DNA of 64,000 nt from a virus. The notes under the pieces are model-generated. The model saw only the letters and a list, made by a program, of their open reading frames with translations. It did no database searches and was not told where the DNA came from. Shown here in pieces: positions 54,680 through 64,000 of this stretch; position 1 is the first letter of the stretch, and each line of letters opens with the position of its first letter. A program made the position numbers and the translations under genes. The stretch spans positions 602-64,601 of the IMG/VR virus record IMGVR_UViG_3300023212_000059. One strand, written 5' to 3'.

Positions 54680-56620
54680 TTACGCTTGCCTCGCTGCCTC
54701 GAACTCCAGTTTCCGAATAATCATGTCAACAATGGTGTTCGCGAAGTTCGTGCCTCCCACATCCGCGCCCGTGATCATGGCCCTGATTTCTGACAGTGCC
54801 TTCGACGAAGAGGACTTCAAGTCCTCGAACATCGTTCGGATCGTGTCCGTTGGGCTCGCGATTGTCTTCTCGACCATCTCTTCAGGACTGATACGGAGAC
54901 CGAATTGCGATCCCAACTGTTGCCACGTCGCGTGCATGGCCTCAGCCTCAGAGACACCCTTCTCTCTCATCTGCCCGAGGATGCCACCCCACTCTCGCAG
55001 CGAACGGATGTCAGACGCCTGGAGGGCTCCACCGATGTCGAAGGCTTGGGCGCCGGCCATCGCCTGCTGCCGCATCAGATTCACTTTCGCGTCGATGTCC
55101 GCCTGCGTATAGAACTGACCCGGCCGCTCCTTTTCCAACTGAGCAAGAGCCTTATCCGCAAGAGAACCACCGACCGCAGCAGCATCGAGGGCTTTCTGTC
55201 GAAGTGCCTGGTTCAGCTTCTCCCGCTCGGCGATGATCTTGTTGTTGGCGTCCACCTCGTTCTTGACGCGAGCCTCAGACAAGTTCACGAGTTGCTTCTG
55301 AGACTCAAGCTGAACTTTGGCGTCGTTCTGATACGAGGCGGCGTACGCCTTCCACGACGCCATCTCCGTCTCGATAGCATCTCGTCGTTCATCGGCGGCC
55401 TCTCGAATGAATCGAGTCCGAGCCGCCTCTGTTCCCTCGGCCAACTCCACTTTGTTTTGGGAGTAATACTGCACTCGGGACAACTCTTCTCTCTCAGCCG
55501 CGTCAACCATGAGCAGCCGAGCGTCGGAGTTTTTCTTCTCAATCGCCAGAGCTTCCTTCCACCTGACTTCGGCTGCCTCCCGAACCTTCAGAGCATCTTC
55601 GTACTCACGAGACTGAGTCTTGATGTTCAAAATATCCATCTCAGCCTTGTGCTGTTCCTTGAGCACGTTGATTCGGGTGACAATCGACTTGGTGTACGCC
55701 TCCGACGTATCCTTTCGAGACTCTTCGATCAGCTTGTTAAGCTCCTGTGTGTACTTCAACTGAGTTTCAAGTTCGGCAAGTCGTCGTGTAGCTTCCTCCT
55801 GCCGCTTCAGAGCGTCCGCAAGCTCCCCGACCGTTTGGGCTCTTTTGACGTCAAAGCCGGCGGCGGCCTCGACGACTTTCATCCGCTCTTCTTCGATCTT
55901 GAGAGAAGCCGTGGCTGCCGCTCCACTGCGCTCGTAGATTTCCGCAGCCGCCACATCCAGTGCCTTCTGCCGCTCGTGCAGCTTCTCTGTGTTCGTCGTC
56001 AACATCTGAAGGAACTGGACCGGGTGAGACCAAGCGTCAGTGACCCGATCCACGTAATCCGTCAAAACACCAGTTTCGTCCGCCGCTTTACGAATAAGAC
56101 CAGGGATAGGAAGCAAGAGATTGAAGAGAATGCCCGGCCCCTCTGCGAGCCTTTCGGACCGAAGCTGGTATCGCTCCAACTGCTCGTTGATCTTCTCATA
56201 TTGAGAAGCGATGCCGTGCAGGTCCATCTCTCGAACGGCTTTGTTCAGGGCAAGCTGAAAGTCCTCTGCCTCTTTCAACCGTTTGATGTAGAACGTGATG
56301 GCGGTGGAGACGGCCTCGACGGCGACGACGGCGATAGCGACCTGAGCGCCGAAGTACCGGAACATGTGAGCGCCCACGCCGAGCGATCCGACGATGCGGC
56401 CAAGCTCAGGATCAATCGCTCCGGCCATCTGACCGATGGAACCGGTGACAATGTGTGCGGCGCCTCGCACCTTGTGGGCGAAGTGTGTATGGGACTCACC
56501 CGCGCCCTCGACAGACTTCTTGTGTTCCTCAACGGCCCCGGTGACGTTCTTGATCGCACTCGCTGCTTCAGGAGCGCCTTCAACTTCGACCTTAATTGTC
56601 AGATCGTTTGGTTCAGCCAT
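54680..56620 (-). CDS. tape measure protein
   Basis: 646 aa, Ala/Glu-rich helical, N-terminal LTIKVEVEG; follows the chaperone pair. Confidence 0.8.
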   Translation of the reverse strand: MAEPNDLTIKVEVEGAPEAASAIKNVTGAVEEHKKSVEGAGESHTHFAHKVRGAAHIVTGSIGQMAGAIDPELGRIVGSLGVGAHMFRYFGAQVAIAVVAVEAVSTAITFYIKRLKEAEDFQLALNKAVREMDLHGIASQYEKINEQLERYQLRSERLAEGPGILFNLLLPIPGLIRKAADETGVLTDYVDRVTDAWSHPVQFLQMLTTNTEKLHERQKALDVAAAEIYERSGAAATASLKIEEERMKVVEAAAGFDVKRAQTVGELADALKRQEEATRRLAELETQLKYTQELNKLIEESRKDTSEAYTKSIVTRINVLKEQHKAEMDILNIKTQSREYEDALKVREAAEVRWKEALAIEKKNSDARLLMVDAAEREELSRVQYYSQNKVELAEGTEAARTRFIREAADERRDAIETEMASWKAYAASYQNDAKVQLESQKQLVNLSEARVKNEVDANNKIIAEREKLNQALRQKALDAAAVGGSLADKALAQLEKERPGQFYTQADIDAKVNLMRQQAMAGAQAFDIGGALQASDIRSLREWGGILGQMREKGVSEAEAMHATWQQLGSQFGLRISPEEMVEKTIASPTDTIRTMFEDLKSSSSKALSEIRAMITGADVGGTNFANTIVDMIIRKLEFEAARQA

Positions 56621-56623
56621 GTC

Positions 56624-56879
56624 CTATCCCAACGAGAACGTGCCCATCGGCAAGCTCTCGGCATCTACTCCATCCGTTCCGATTCCGGCCTCTTCCTTCG
56701 CTGCTTGGATGCCCTTCCTGATCTGTTCTGCTTCGTTCGAAGCGCCGAGAAGAGCGATGGCGACATCGAAGTCCAGAGCTAGGAACTCATCCTCCAGGTT
56801 GACCAGACTCGACGGTCTCTGCCCGTACCGCTTCGCTACCAGGTCCAGCGTCAACGCGTTCTGCCCCGCCAGGAAAGGG
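56624..56879 (-). CDS. tail assembly chaperone T segment (probably expressed by frameshift)
   Basis: +1 frame relative to 56787..57317; opens just before CCCTTTC; AKRYGQRPS. Confidence 0.6.
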
Positions 56880-57317
56880 TTTCAGCGTTTCCACGGTTGC
56901 CTCCTTCGCCTTCGACGCTTCGATCTCTTCATCGCTCCGGTAGAGCCCGGTGCCGAAGTAGAAGATCACCTGCTTGTCGAAGTCCAGGATGTCGGTAACC
57001 GCAATCGTGCCGCTGAGCAGTCCAGTCTCATCTTCTGCAATGTCCGTCTGTGGACCGACCTTCGGCTGGACGAGAACACGCGGGAGAAAGCTGTCCAACA
57101 TGGCGGCCCACTTCTGAACAGACTCAGGGTCTTCGGCCTCTTCCTGTGCCGTAGGCTTTTCGAGTCTTTTCTCCACGAGAATCTTCAGAGCGGCTGACGT
57201 GAGACCAGTTGGGAATCCGCCGGATGCGAGAAGGGAAGTCACTGAAGGCCGCCTTACGAGGACCTTCTTCCCTGACGGGAGGGTGAGAGTTTGTGCTGCT
57301 GCATACGTTGATTTCAT
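56787..57317 (-). CDS. tail assembly chaperone (gpG-like)
   Basis: Located between tail tube and tape measure; TLPSGKKVLVRRP. Confidence 0.7.
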   Translation of the reverse strand: MKSTYAAAQTLTLPSGKKVLVRRPSVTSLLASGGFPTGLTSAALKILVEKRLEKPTAQEEAEDPESVQKWAAMLDSFLPRVLVQPKVGPQTDIAEDETGLLSGTIAVTDILDFDKQVIFYFGTGLYRSDEEIEASKAKEATVETLKPFPGGAERVDAGPGSEAVRAETVESGQPGG

Positions 57318-57356
57318 TGTCGTCTGCTCCTTCTGCGGCTCATGCCGCTAGGTCGT

Positions 57357-57632
57357 TTATTGCATGTGGGTCAGTACCTTGATAACTCCCCACGCGACGA
57401 GTCCAATGAGAGTCACTGCTCCCATCGCACCCGCGAAATATGTCCGGGCTCGTTCGAGCGCGTAGATTCGGCGCCCGTAGTTTTTCTCCAAATTCTCGAA
57501 GCGCTCTTTGGTCTCGGACCTGAATTCATCGAGAGTCTTGGCGATGCCGGCGCACGTCGCCTTTAGCTCACCGAATTCCTGCCCACCGTTTCCGCGCGGC
57601 CCTCTCAGACCGCGCGGACCCTTGATCTCCAC
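57357..57632 (-). CDS. small coiled-coil protein with C-terminal TM segment and Gly-X-Y start
   Basis: GPRGLRGPRG, heptads, hydrophobic C-terminus. Confidence 0.55.
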   Translation of the reverse strand: MEIKGPRGLRGPRGNGGQEFGELKATCAGIAKTLDEFRSETKERFENLEKNYGRRIYALERARTYFAGAMGAVTLIGLVAWGVIKVLTHMQ

Positions 57633-57645
57633 GCCGACATCCCTA

Positions 57646-58218
57646 TTACGTGCCGACCACGTTGGTGTTGATGAACCCGAGTTGGTCGCCGCGAGCGCGG
57701 GTGAACTGACCCAGGCCGCGTGCCGTCACCTTCATCATGCTTTCTCTCTCACGAGCGAACATGATCGTCCGGTCCATCGGGAAGTACGCCTGATAGATCA
57801 TCACCTCGATGAACGCGCCGTTCCTTCGAGGCGCGACCAACAGAACGGACGCTGTCAGCGGGACGATCTGACCACCGAGGCTGACGTTCGGCGGAATCGG
57901 CGAAGTGCCGCCACCGAGGATCAGTTGCTTCAGGTTGGCGAACGTCAACTCACCGATAGTGAATTCGATGTGCATGTCTTCAACGTTCGTCACCGAAACG
58001 GCCAGAACGCCCGATTGCTGCGTGCGGACGTCAACGGTCGTAGGCCGATAGATGAGGTTCGCGCCTTCCAGCGTACCGCCCACGAACGTCCCGGTCCCAT
58101 CCGATGGAGTGCCCTCGGGAGTCAGAGGAACCGGCGGCGTCACCGGAACAGTCACACCGAAGTAGACGAAGCCTGCTCCGATGTGAATGTTGTTCGTATT
58201 GACTGTTCGAATTGCCAT
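57646..58218 (-). CDS. major tail tube protein
   Basis: IHIGAG.VY.G...GGTLEG...; 190 aa; synteny. Confidence 0.75.
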   Translation of the reverse strand: MAIRTVNTNNIHIGAGFVYFGVTVPVTPPVPLTPEGTPSDGTGTFVGGTLEGANLIYRPTTVDVRTQQSGVLAVSVTNVEDMHIEFTIGELTFANLKQLILGGGTSPIPPNVSLGGQIVPLTASVLLVAPRRNGAFIEVMIYQAYFPMDRTIMFARERESMMKVTARGLGQFTRARGDQLGFINTNVVGT

Positions 58219-58231
58219 TTCTGCTCTCCTT

Positions 58232-58741
58232 TTACGGGAACGGTTCCAGGTGAATTGCTCTCACCCGAGCCATCACGTCTTTCCGAAACTGTCTCGTCTC
58301 CTTGTCGCCCGTCTTTCCCACGGTCGGACCGTACGAGATTTCCTCGACGAGGAGTCTCGCGTTCCCAACTCCCTGATCGTGAAGACTTCGGAACAACGCC
58401 TCCCCATATCTCCACGCCTTGCGCTGCATGTAGTTGTACTCACGATCCTCGAACAACACGGCCACGAAGATCGTGTGCTCTTGCAGCGCCCACTGATCCG
58501 CCCGCATCGGATGCTCCGACTTGTCGGGCAAAATGAAGATGGCCGGAAGCGCCTGTGGCTCGACCGCGTCCACGTAGTAGTAAAAGCTGGCCCCAACCGG
58601 CGACAGACCAATCGAGCCTTGCCCTGTTACTTTTCCATGCTCGGTCATGATGGTCTGGAGATTCGAGTTGAACGTCTGCCGAAGATGGATTTCTATAGCA
58701 TCGACAACGTTCTCAACCTGCCTGAGCGCTGGATACGCCAC
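58232..58741 (-). CDS. tail terminator / neck protein
   Basis: QALPAIFILP; synteny. Confidence 0.6.
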   Translation of the reverse strand: MAYPALRQVENVVDAIEIHLRQTFNSNLQTIMTEHGKVTGQGSIGLSPVGASFYYYVDAVEPQALPAIFILPDKSEHPMRADQWALQEHTIFVAVLFEDREYNYMQRKAWRYGEALFRSLHDQGVGNARLLVEEISYGPTVGKTGDKETRQFRKDVMARVRAIHLEPFP

Positions 58742-59223
58742 TACCCTCTCCCTATCCCACCACGCATCCGTCGGAACAAGTACGCCAAGATCACGTCCAC
58801 GATTCGTTTGCCCTCAGCGCTCGTGAATCTCGGCAATACCTGACGCCTCGGAAGCTTGATGTCCGGTCGTCCGTATTGATGCGCCTTGGCGTACGGAACA
58901 CGAGTGCCCATCTCCACAAAATTCGGGCCTTCGTAGTGAACGTGTTCCTCATGAGCAGGAAACCGAAGACTCGGATACAACCGTTCGGTCAAATGCATCA
59001 TGCCCTTCCCGCCGTAGTGCCTGCTCTTCCACTCGGCGTAACTCGGATTCAGAGGCACCCACGTCGTGCCTGTGTAGCCTCCCTGAGACTCGAACTGCTT
59101 CTGGATGAAGTCTCCAAAGATGCTCTCTACGTTTGGCCACACCGGCGACAAATCCGTCATGGCGTCGTGGAGCCTTTCCAGTCGCGTCCGCAGCCCATGA
59201 TCGTCACCCCGAAACGTCAGCAT
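58741..59223 (-). CDS. phage virion morphogenesis (tail completion) protein
   Basis: FESQG...W.PL...Y..WK...MGTRVPYA..HQYG...LP.R. Confidence 0.8.
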   Translation of the reverse strand: MLTFRGDDHGLRTRLERLHDAMTDLSPVWPNVESIFGDFIQKQFESQGGYTGTTWVPLNPSYAEWKSRHYGGKGMMHLTERLYPSLRFPAHEEHVHYEGPNFVEMGTRVPYAKAHQYGRPDIKLPRRQVLPRFTSAEGKRIVDVILAYLFRRMRGGIGRG

Positions 59224-59897
59224 TACGGCCTCGGGCCGACGTTCGGAATTCTCGGATAGAACCGGTTGAATGCCGGCGCGTTTCTCCGTCCGTGCCGCAT
59301 GTAGAACGAGTCGCGCAGTTTGACACCCTGGTCCCACAAGTCCTTCGCGATCTGACGGAACATGTTTGGCCTCATCATGTTCTCGTTGTTCTGCGGCTCT
59401 TCGATCATCAAGAACCGGTTCGACAATTTCTGCGCCCAACGAATCGCGAGACGTTGATACGCGAACGATCCGGCGAAGCTCAACGCCGCAAGCTTCAAAC
59501 CGGACGCTACCAATGTGATGTCGTCGGTCTCGTTCAACTCCTGAGCCGCCATCTGCAATGCTTCCTGCAATTCCGCTAGCAGGAAAAACTGGAAGAAGTA
59601 GCTTGCTCGAATTCCAGTACCCTGCGGAGGCGGCGTCGCCAACGTGAACTGTCCCGTGATGTTGATGCCGTTCGAGTCAAGAGGTTGCGTGATGCTCGAA
59701 AACAGCACTGGCACGAAGTCCAGCGACACAACCAACGTGGACCCGATCAGACGCTCATCCCACACTAGAAATGTCGTGTTGACCCCATCGGCCGGGTTGA
59801 CAACGATTTTCTCCTTGACAAACCGGTCGAGGGGACCATCATTCACGAATCGCTGAAGATCAGCGACCGCAGTCGGAATGTCGGGCCAGTTGGCCAC
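59223..59897 (-). CDS. head-tail adaptor
   Basis: 224 aa; synteny. Confidence 0.55.
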   Translation of the reverse strand: MANWPDIPTAVADLQRFVNDGPLDRFVKEKIVVNPADGVNTTFLVWDERLIGSTLVVSLDFVPVLFSSITQPLDSNGINITGQFTLATPPPQGTGIRASYFFQFFLLAELQEALQMAAQELNETDDITLVASGLKLAALSFAGSFAYQRLAIRWAQKLSNRFLMIEEPQNNENMMRPNMFRQIAKDLWDQGVKLRDSFYMRHGRRNAPAFNRFYPRIPNVGPRP

Positions 59898-59906
59898 GCT
59901 AGACCC

Positions 59907-60254
59907 TTACGGGATCAGTACGAGAGCGATGACCGGGTTCCCCGACGTCGTGAAGTTCATGATCAGGTTCCCGAGACCATCACCGAAGAGTGACGGGTCC
60001 AGAGGACCGAATGCTTCACGAAGCGACGGGCCGTTGAAGAACGACGGGCCGACGTCTCCGAGCCGTCCGGCCGGGTCCTTGAGTGACGGAATCGTGATCG
60101 TCACCTGGTCCGTCACCAACGGGCACTCGATGATCACTACCTCTCGGCCGGTGTCCGAGAAAGTCATCCCGTTCACCGCGTCCACGGACACGAACGTGAT
60201 CGCCTGTCCGGCGCGAGCGGTCAACTGCTGAGGCGTGAGAACTGTCCTTGCCAT
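59907..60254 (-). CDS. virion structural protein (hypothetical)
   Basis: Beta-rich, 115 aa; head module. Confidence 0.55.
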   Translation of the reverse strand: MARTVLTPQQLTARAGQAITFVSVDAVNGMTFSDTGREVVIIECPLVTDQVTITIPSLKDPAGRLGDVGPSFFNGPSLREAFGPLDPSLFGDGLGNLIMNFTTSGNPVIALVLIP

Positions 60255-60266
60255 TTCGTCTCTCCT

Positions 60267-60698
60267 TTACTTGAACGAAACTACGGTCACGAGTTGAAGC
60301 GTGACGGTGTTGACTTGGTTGGTCGGGGCACCTGACGTCCCTGAACGCACCTTGAGGAAGTTGACCGGCGTGAACTTCTCCGAGAAGGTTGGTCCGAAGC
60401 CAACGTACAAACCGGTTGTCCCTACGGTAAGAGAACTCGTCGCAACGGCAGTGCCGGTATCGTCCACAAGCTCGCTGAATGGATCGGGGATCGTTGGACT
60501 TCCACCCGTTGGAGTCTGGCCCACTGGAGCGTCGTAACCGGCTTGGAACGAGATGATCGCCGCCGTCCAGTTCGACGGCAGGATGATGCCCGCGAGCTTC
60601 ATGCTCTTCAATTCCACAGCAGCGGACAACGCCTGTCCCGCTAGGATCGTCACCGGAACAAGAATTACTCTCCGGTGCGCTTCGATGTGACATTCCAT
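60267..60698 (-). CDS. virion structural protein (hypothetical)
   Basis: TILAGQALSAAV...GIILPSNWTAA.ISFQ. Confidence 0.6.
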   Translation of the reverse strand: MECHIEAHRRVILVPVTILAGQALSAAVELKSMKLAGIILPSNWTAAIISFQAGYDAPVGQTPTGGSPTIPDPFSELVDDTGTAVATSSLTVGTTGLYVGFGPTFSEKFTPVNFLKVRSGTSGAPTNQVNTVTLQLVTVVSFK

Positions 60699-60708
60699 TG
60701 TCGTCTCC

Positions 60709-61233
60709 CTATCGCGGCGGCGATACCTTGTCGAGCCACTTCGTGATGTCGTCCTCAGTCACTCGCCAGCCGGGCTCACAGATTCCGTAGGCGATGACGT
60801 TTTCTTCGCAAAACTTCTTCCGGGCCAGCATCTCGGCATCGTCCGGAAGAGGACGCCCTTCTTTCCTCACCACAACCGGTCCGAGACCTTGCGTGCCTGT
60901 CTTGAACACGTCGAATACTGCCCGTCGGTGCGGAAACCAGAAGGTCCACATCAACGGCTGACCGTTTGGTCCCTTTGCCACCAGAACGCCACCACTTCCA
61001 GGCAGCATGAGCATGTTCGTGTTGATCATGACGCTCGTGCCGTACCGGACTGCGACGCTATGTTCCAACTCGTGTTTCTTCAACCACCGCCCGACCTGAC
61101 TTTGCGGATGAGGCGGCCACTGCTCGTCTACTTCTTTCCCTTTGGCAGAAAAACCCCCGCCGAACCACTGGTCAGCGTCGAACGCTGGCCAGTGGTCTGA
61201 CGGGGATTCATACTGCTCGCCGAACACGCCCAA
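60709..61233 (-). CDS. hypothetical protein after the major capsid gene
   Basis: 174-aa ORF. Confidence 0.55.
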   Translation of the reverse strand: MGVFGEQYESPSDHWPAFDADQWFGGGFSAKGKEVDEQWPPHPQSQVGRWLKKHELEHSVAVRYGTSVMINTNMLMLPGSGGVLVAKGPNGQPLMWTFWFPHRRAVFDVFKTGTQGLGPVVVRKEGRPLPDDAEMLARKKFCEENVIAYGICEPGWRVTEDDITKWLDKVSPPR

Positions 61234-61245
61234 TCGGTCACCCGA

Positions 61246-62625
61246 TTAGAACGCGCCGACCACGCCCGTGACGCCGGCAACGGTCACGCCAGTGTTGTTG
61301 ACGGAACCTGAGTTGCCGAGATACCAGAAGCGCGAACCTCCGCCGATCCAGTCAACCTCGAAACGCCGACGGCTGCGGAATCGGTAGGCGTCCACTTCGA
61401 ACGCCGCGCCCGCTGCCGGGTTCTCCTGGATGACTTCCAGCGCATCACGCTCCTGCCACATGAAGCCCTTGCCCTTCTCACCGAGGGACCACGCCCAATC
61501 GTTGAGGAACCGGGCAACCACGACCTTGATGCCGAGACCCATGAACGGGTTCGCGCTCATGATGCCACCGGGATAGCCCGAGGTGGCAGTCGCCGCCGTC
61601 TGCGGTGTACCGGACTGACCCATCTGGCCAGCACCGGAACCGATAGGCGCCGGGTAATACGGCACACCCTGCGGAGGCGTGACGAGCAGCGGAGCGTGGA
61701 GCGCATCCATGCTCGACACGAGCAGAGTGTTGGGGTTGACGATGATCTTGTTGCTGAGCGGGTCCTTCGCGTTCAAGAGCGCGGTCCACGCAGCCTTGAG
61801 GCCAACGAGACCGAGCGCGATGAACGACGCCGGCATGTTGCCGGAGCCACCGAGCACGCCCGCCGTTCCGTACAGAGTCGGAGACCACGGACCGGTGATC
61901 GGGTTGCCGAACACGTCGGTCGTGGAGTAGTTCGACGCCTGCACAGTGAGGTTCTGGTACGTGCCTTTGATGCCGATGAAGCGGATCGCGGCGTACACGT
62001 TCTCCGTGATCGCCATGCCCTGCCCGAGACGCGACGCACGCAAGCGAATCTGCGCCGTCTGGTCGTCGTCGAAAAGCTCGCGGTCGAACGACTCGATCAA
62101 TCCGAACTTGTAGTTCACCATGACCGAGTTTTCGCCGATGATCCGACCCTCCGGGAAGCGCTCACCGTTGGACACCTGTCCAGCGATGGTGGACGCATAC
62201 AGCGGAGTGTAGAACTCGGCTAGCGTATTGCTCTGAGCGGTCCCTGCGTAGTCCTGCCACTCGCGAGGAACGACGTTGTACCAGTCGTTGGCGATGGTCT
62301 GGACTCCCTTACGCAGAAGGAAGGCCAGTGCCGTCTCGGAGTGCGCCTCTCGCAACATCGTGTTGGAGTAGGCTTCGGTGAGTTTCCCGATTGCCGGGGT
62401 AACCGCGTCCACCCAACGCCGAACAGAGAAGTCATTGCGTCTCCACTCGGGGCAAGCAGCCTCGGCGAGCCGGATCAGACCTTTCGGAATGTACCGGCGC
62501 TCCTTCTCGCTGATGAACAGCGTCTTCTCAGCCTCGGTCGCCTTCGACGCGCGAATCGCCGCGACAAGGTCGGGCGACAGCGCTTCCAGCGCCTTGACCA
62601 TTTGTTCTGCCGTCACGTTCTGCAT
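61246..62625 (-). CDS. major capsid protein (HK97 fold, Mu gpT-like)
   Basis: YKFGLIESFDRELFDDD...; VNPNTLLV; RFRSRRRF; strong AGGAGA RBS. Confidence 0.8.
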   Translation of the reverse strand: MQNVTAEQMVKALEALSPDLVAAIRASKATEAEKTLFISEKERRYIPKGLIRLAEAACPEWRRNDFSVRRWVDAVTPAIGKLTEAYSNTMLREAHSETALAFLLRKGVQTIANDWYNVVPREWQDYAGTAQSNTLAEFYTPLYASTIAGQVSNGERFPEGRIIGENSVMVNYKFGLIESFDRELFDDDQTAQIRLRASRLGQGMAITENVYAAIRFIGIKGTYQNLTVQASNYSTTDVFGNPITGPWSPTLYGTAGVLGGSGNMPASFIALGLVGLKAAWTALLNAKDPLSNKIIVNPNTLLVSSMDALHAPLLVTPPQGVPYYPAPIGSGAGQMGQSGTPQTAATATSGYPGGIMSANPFMGLGIKVVVARFLNDWAWSLGEKGKGFMWQERDALEVIQENPAAGAAFEVDAYRFRSRRRFEVDWIGGGSRFWYLGNSGSVNNTGVTVAGVTGVVGAF

Positions 62626-62655
62626 TTCTCTTTCTCCTTCTCCTTGTCGCAGCGA

Positions 62656-62685
62656 ACCTGAGACGCCGTTGCCGACGTCTCAGGT
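62656..62685 (-). other. 13-bp GNRA hairpin between the decoration and capsid genes
   Basis: ACCTGAGACG-TCG-GCAA-CGG-CGTCTCAGGT; no U-tract. Confidence 0.6.
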
Positions 62686-62699
62686 CACGCCGCTTGGGT

Positions 62700-63266
62700 T
62701 TAGCCTGGGGTCGTGAACCCGATCTTCTGCGCGAGCGTGTAGAAGTCGATCAGCACAGGGATACGCGTCGCCGCGTTACCGGTGATGCTCGACCCGTCCG
62801 GCAGATGAACCGAAGCGATGATCTGCGCGTTGGGCACTGGAGCGGTGACAGTGATCTGTCGGACCGTACCCGAACCCGCCACGTAGTTACCGCTCAGGTA
62901 GACGGGCAAGCCGTGCGAGAACACGTCGCCGCTCTTCCCGATGAGCAGGTGGATGCCGGTCGTCCACACCCCGATCCGGTTGATCAGGTTGAGGAAGTTC
63001 GACAGCGCACTTTGGTTACCGAGAGACGCAATCGCGTTCTGAGAGTCACGACTGATACCGACGAAGACCTGAGTCTGCGTGGTCGTCGAAGAACCGCCGC
63101 CATCTTGCTGCATCCGCTGGAGACCAGGGACGCTTGCGTTCCAGCCGACAGGCTCGCCCTCCGCCAGGTCCACGAGAGCCGTGTCGGGAAGATAACTCAC
63201 GACAGAGCCTTCGAGTGCGGCGCGAATGTCGCGCTGGTACGTCATGAAATCCGGAGGAAACGCCAT
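62700..63266 (-). CDS. capsid decoration/cement protein
   Basis: 188 aa, between scaffold and MCP. Confidence 0.6.
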   Translation of the reverse strand: MAFPPDFMTYQRDIRAALEGSVVSYLPDTALVDLAEGEPVGWNASVPGLQRMQQDGGGSSTTTQTQVFVGISRDSQNAIASLGNQSALSNFLNLINRIGVWTTGIHLLIGKSGDVFSHGLPVYLSGNYVAGSGTVRQITVTAPVPNAQIIASVHLPDGSSITGNAATRIPVLIDFYTLAQKIGFTTPG

Positions 63267-63293
63267 GTCTTGTTCTCCTTTTCCCTTTCGGGG

Positions 63294-64000
63294 TTACTTC
63301 TTGTACGCCTCGCGGAACGTGCTCACCGCGTCCGCTCCGCCGCTGTCCTTCGCCGCGCCGCCGTCCACCGGGCCACGCCCACCACGTCGGATGAGCTTGG
63401 ACTCGTTTTCCAGCACGCGCTTCGCAGCCTTGATCTGCGTTGACCACTGATGAGGCTCGAAAGCGAGCAGGTCCATCGCGCTCAGGATGTCCCTCGGAAT
63501 CCCGGCTTCCTTCAGAACCTTCTTCGCCTCGACCATCCGCTCGAACGCAGTCACCCGCGCCCGGAGCTTGATGTTCTCCTGCATCAGATTCCTCTTGTCG
63601 CTATTGGCCTGCATGAACCTCGCCTCCTTCGACTCCAGTGCTCGACGCAGCCGCGTCACAAGCTGACCGAGCTTCTGAGACTCGGTCGAATACTGCTCGT
63701 CCGTCCGGGCGAGCTTGTACCCCTTGGGAGGAAGCACCTCGTTCTCGTGCTCGCACGCCTCGCACTGATACTTCATGCGAGCCTCGCGCTCACTCGCGGC
63801 CTTCGGAACCATCTCGTGCTTGCCGACGCTGACGCTGTCGTCATGCGGGTCCTTGGCGCCAGACGGATCGCCTGCGTCCACGACACCAGCAAGATCGTCG
63901 TCATCGTCGTCATCCTCGTCCTCGTCGGCGCGCATACCGTAACCGGCCTCGTCGTCGTCCTCGGACTCGTTGTCGTGCTTGTTCTTCACGTCGTCGCCCG
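63294..64000 (-). CDS. C-terminus of the scaffold (or protease-scaffold) protein, 5'-truncated
   Basis: Acidic linker plus coiled coil; frame open at the window edge. Confidence 0.6.
   Translation of the reverse strand, partial: GDDVKNKHDNESEDDDEAGYGMRADEDEDDDDDDDLAGVVDAGDPSGAKDPHDDSVSVGKHEMVPKAASEREARMKYQCEACEHENEVLPPKGYKLARTDEQYSTESQKLGQLVTRLRRALESKEARFMQANSDKRNLMQENIKLRARVTAFERMVEAKKVLKEAGIPRDILSAMDLLAFEPHQWSTQIKAAKRVLENESKLIRRGGRGPVDGGAAKDSGGADAVSTFREAYKK

Noticed and set aside
54905-56782. Long plus-strand ORFs (625 aa here; also 30418..31893, 21282..22529, 23608..24702, 57508..58536)
   Set aside because: They are antisense shadows of well-supported minus-strand genes caused by GC-rich codon bias; no motifs or RBS.
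1-64000. CRISPR array, DGR (RT/TR/VR), integrase, tRNAs, stop-codon recoding
   Set aside because: No regularly spaced repeats, RT, recombinase or cloverleaf were seen, and genes read through intact in code 11.

Overview
About 64 kb of a GC-rich tailed dsDNA phage genome, with essentially every real gene on the minus strand and most genes translationally coupled (ATGA/GTGA/TAATG overlaps). The tail module looks siphovirus-like, and an i-/o-spanin-like pair suggests a Gram-negative host. In transcription order (64000 to 1): scaffold C-terminus, decoration protein, Mu gpT-like major capsid, neck, tail tube, tail chaperones, tape measure and tail tip (46.7-64 kb); lysis cassette with a tandem HiPIP-like protein (44.2-46.6 kb); dNMP kinase, metallophosphoesterase and N-glycosidase; SF2 helicase and primase; a non-coding origin/regulatory hub with an IHF-consensus site (36.7-37.3 kb); small early genes (31.8-36.6 kb); a Ycf46-type AAA+/DUF3150/DUF1257/DUF2997 module containing a DUF1874 (AcrIII-1-like) gene; a UDG-PolA fusion, UvsY-like, SSB, RecA, SLT, Mre11/Rad50-like, RuvC and ParB-like genes; a terminase-small-subunit-like gene; then an accessory block with an exoribonuclease, RtcB, an Rnl2-like ligase, two HNH genes, an LMW-PTP, a Fic protein and a candidate structured ncRNA. 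No tRNA, CRISPR array, integrase or reverse transcriptase was seen. The most striking observation is that eight apparently unrelated proteins, including the AAA+ ATPase and its DUF3150 partner, end in the same C-terminal peptide R-R-I-K-(T/S/A)-stop, written with varied synonymous codons and usually preceded by a Pro-rich linker. This suggests an undescribed phage C-terminal tagging/docking system. All family assignments come from motifs recognised by eye, not from database searches.
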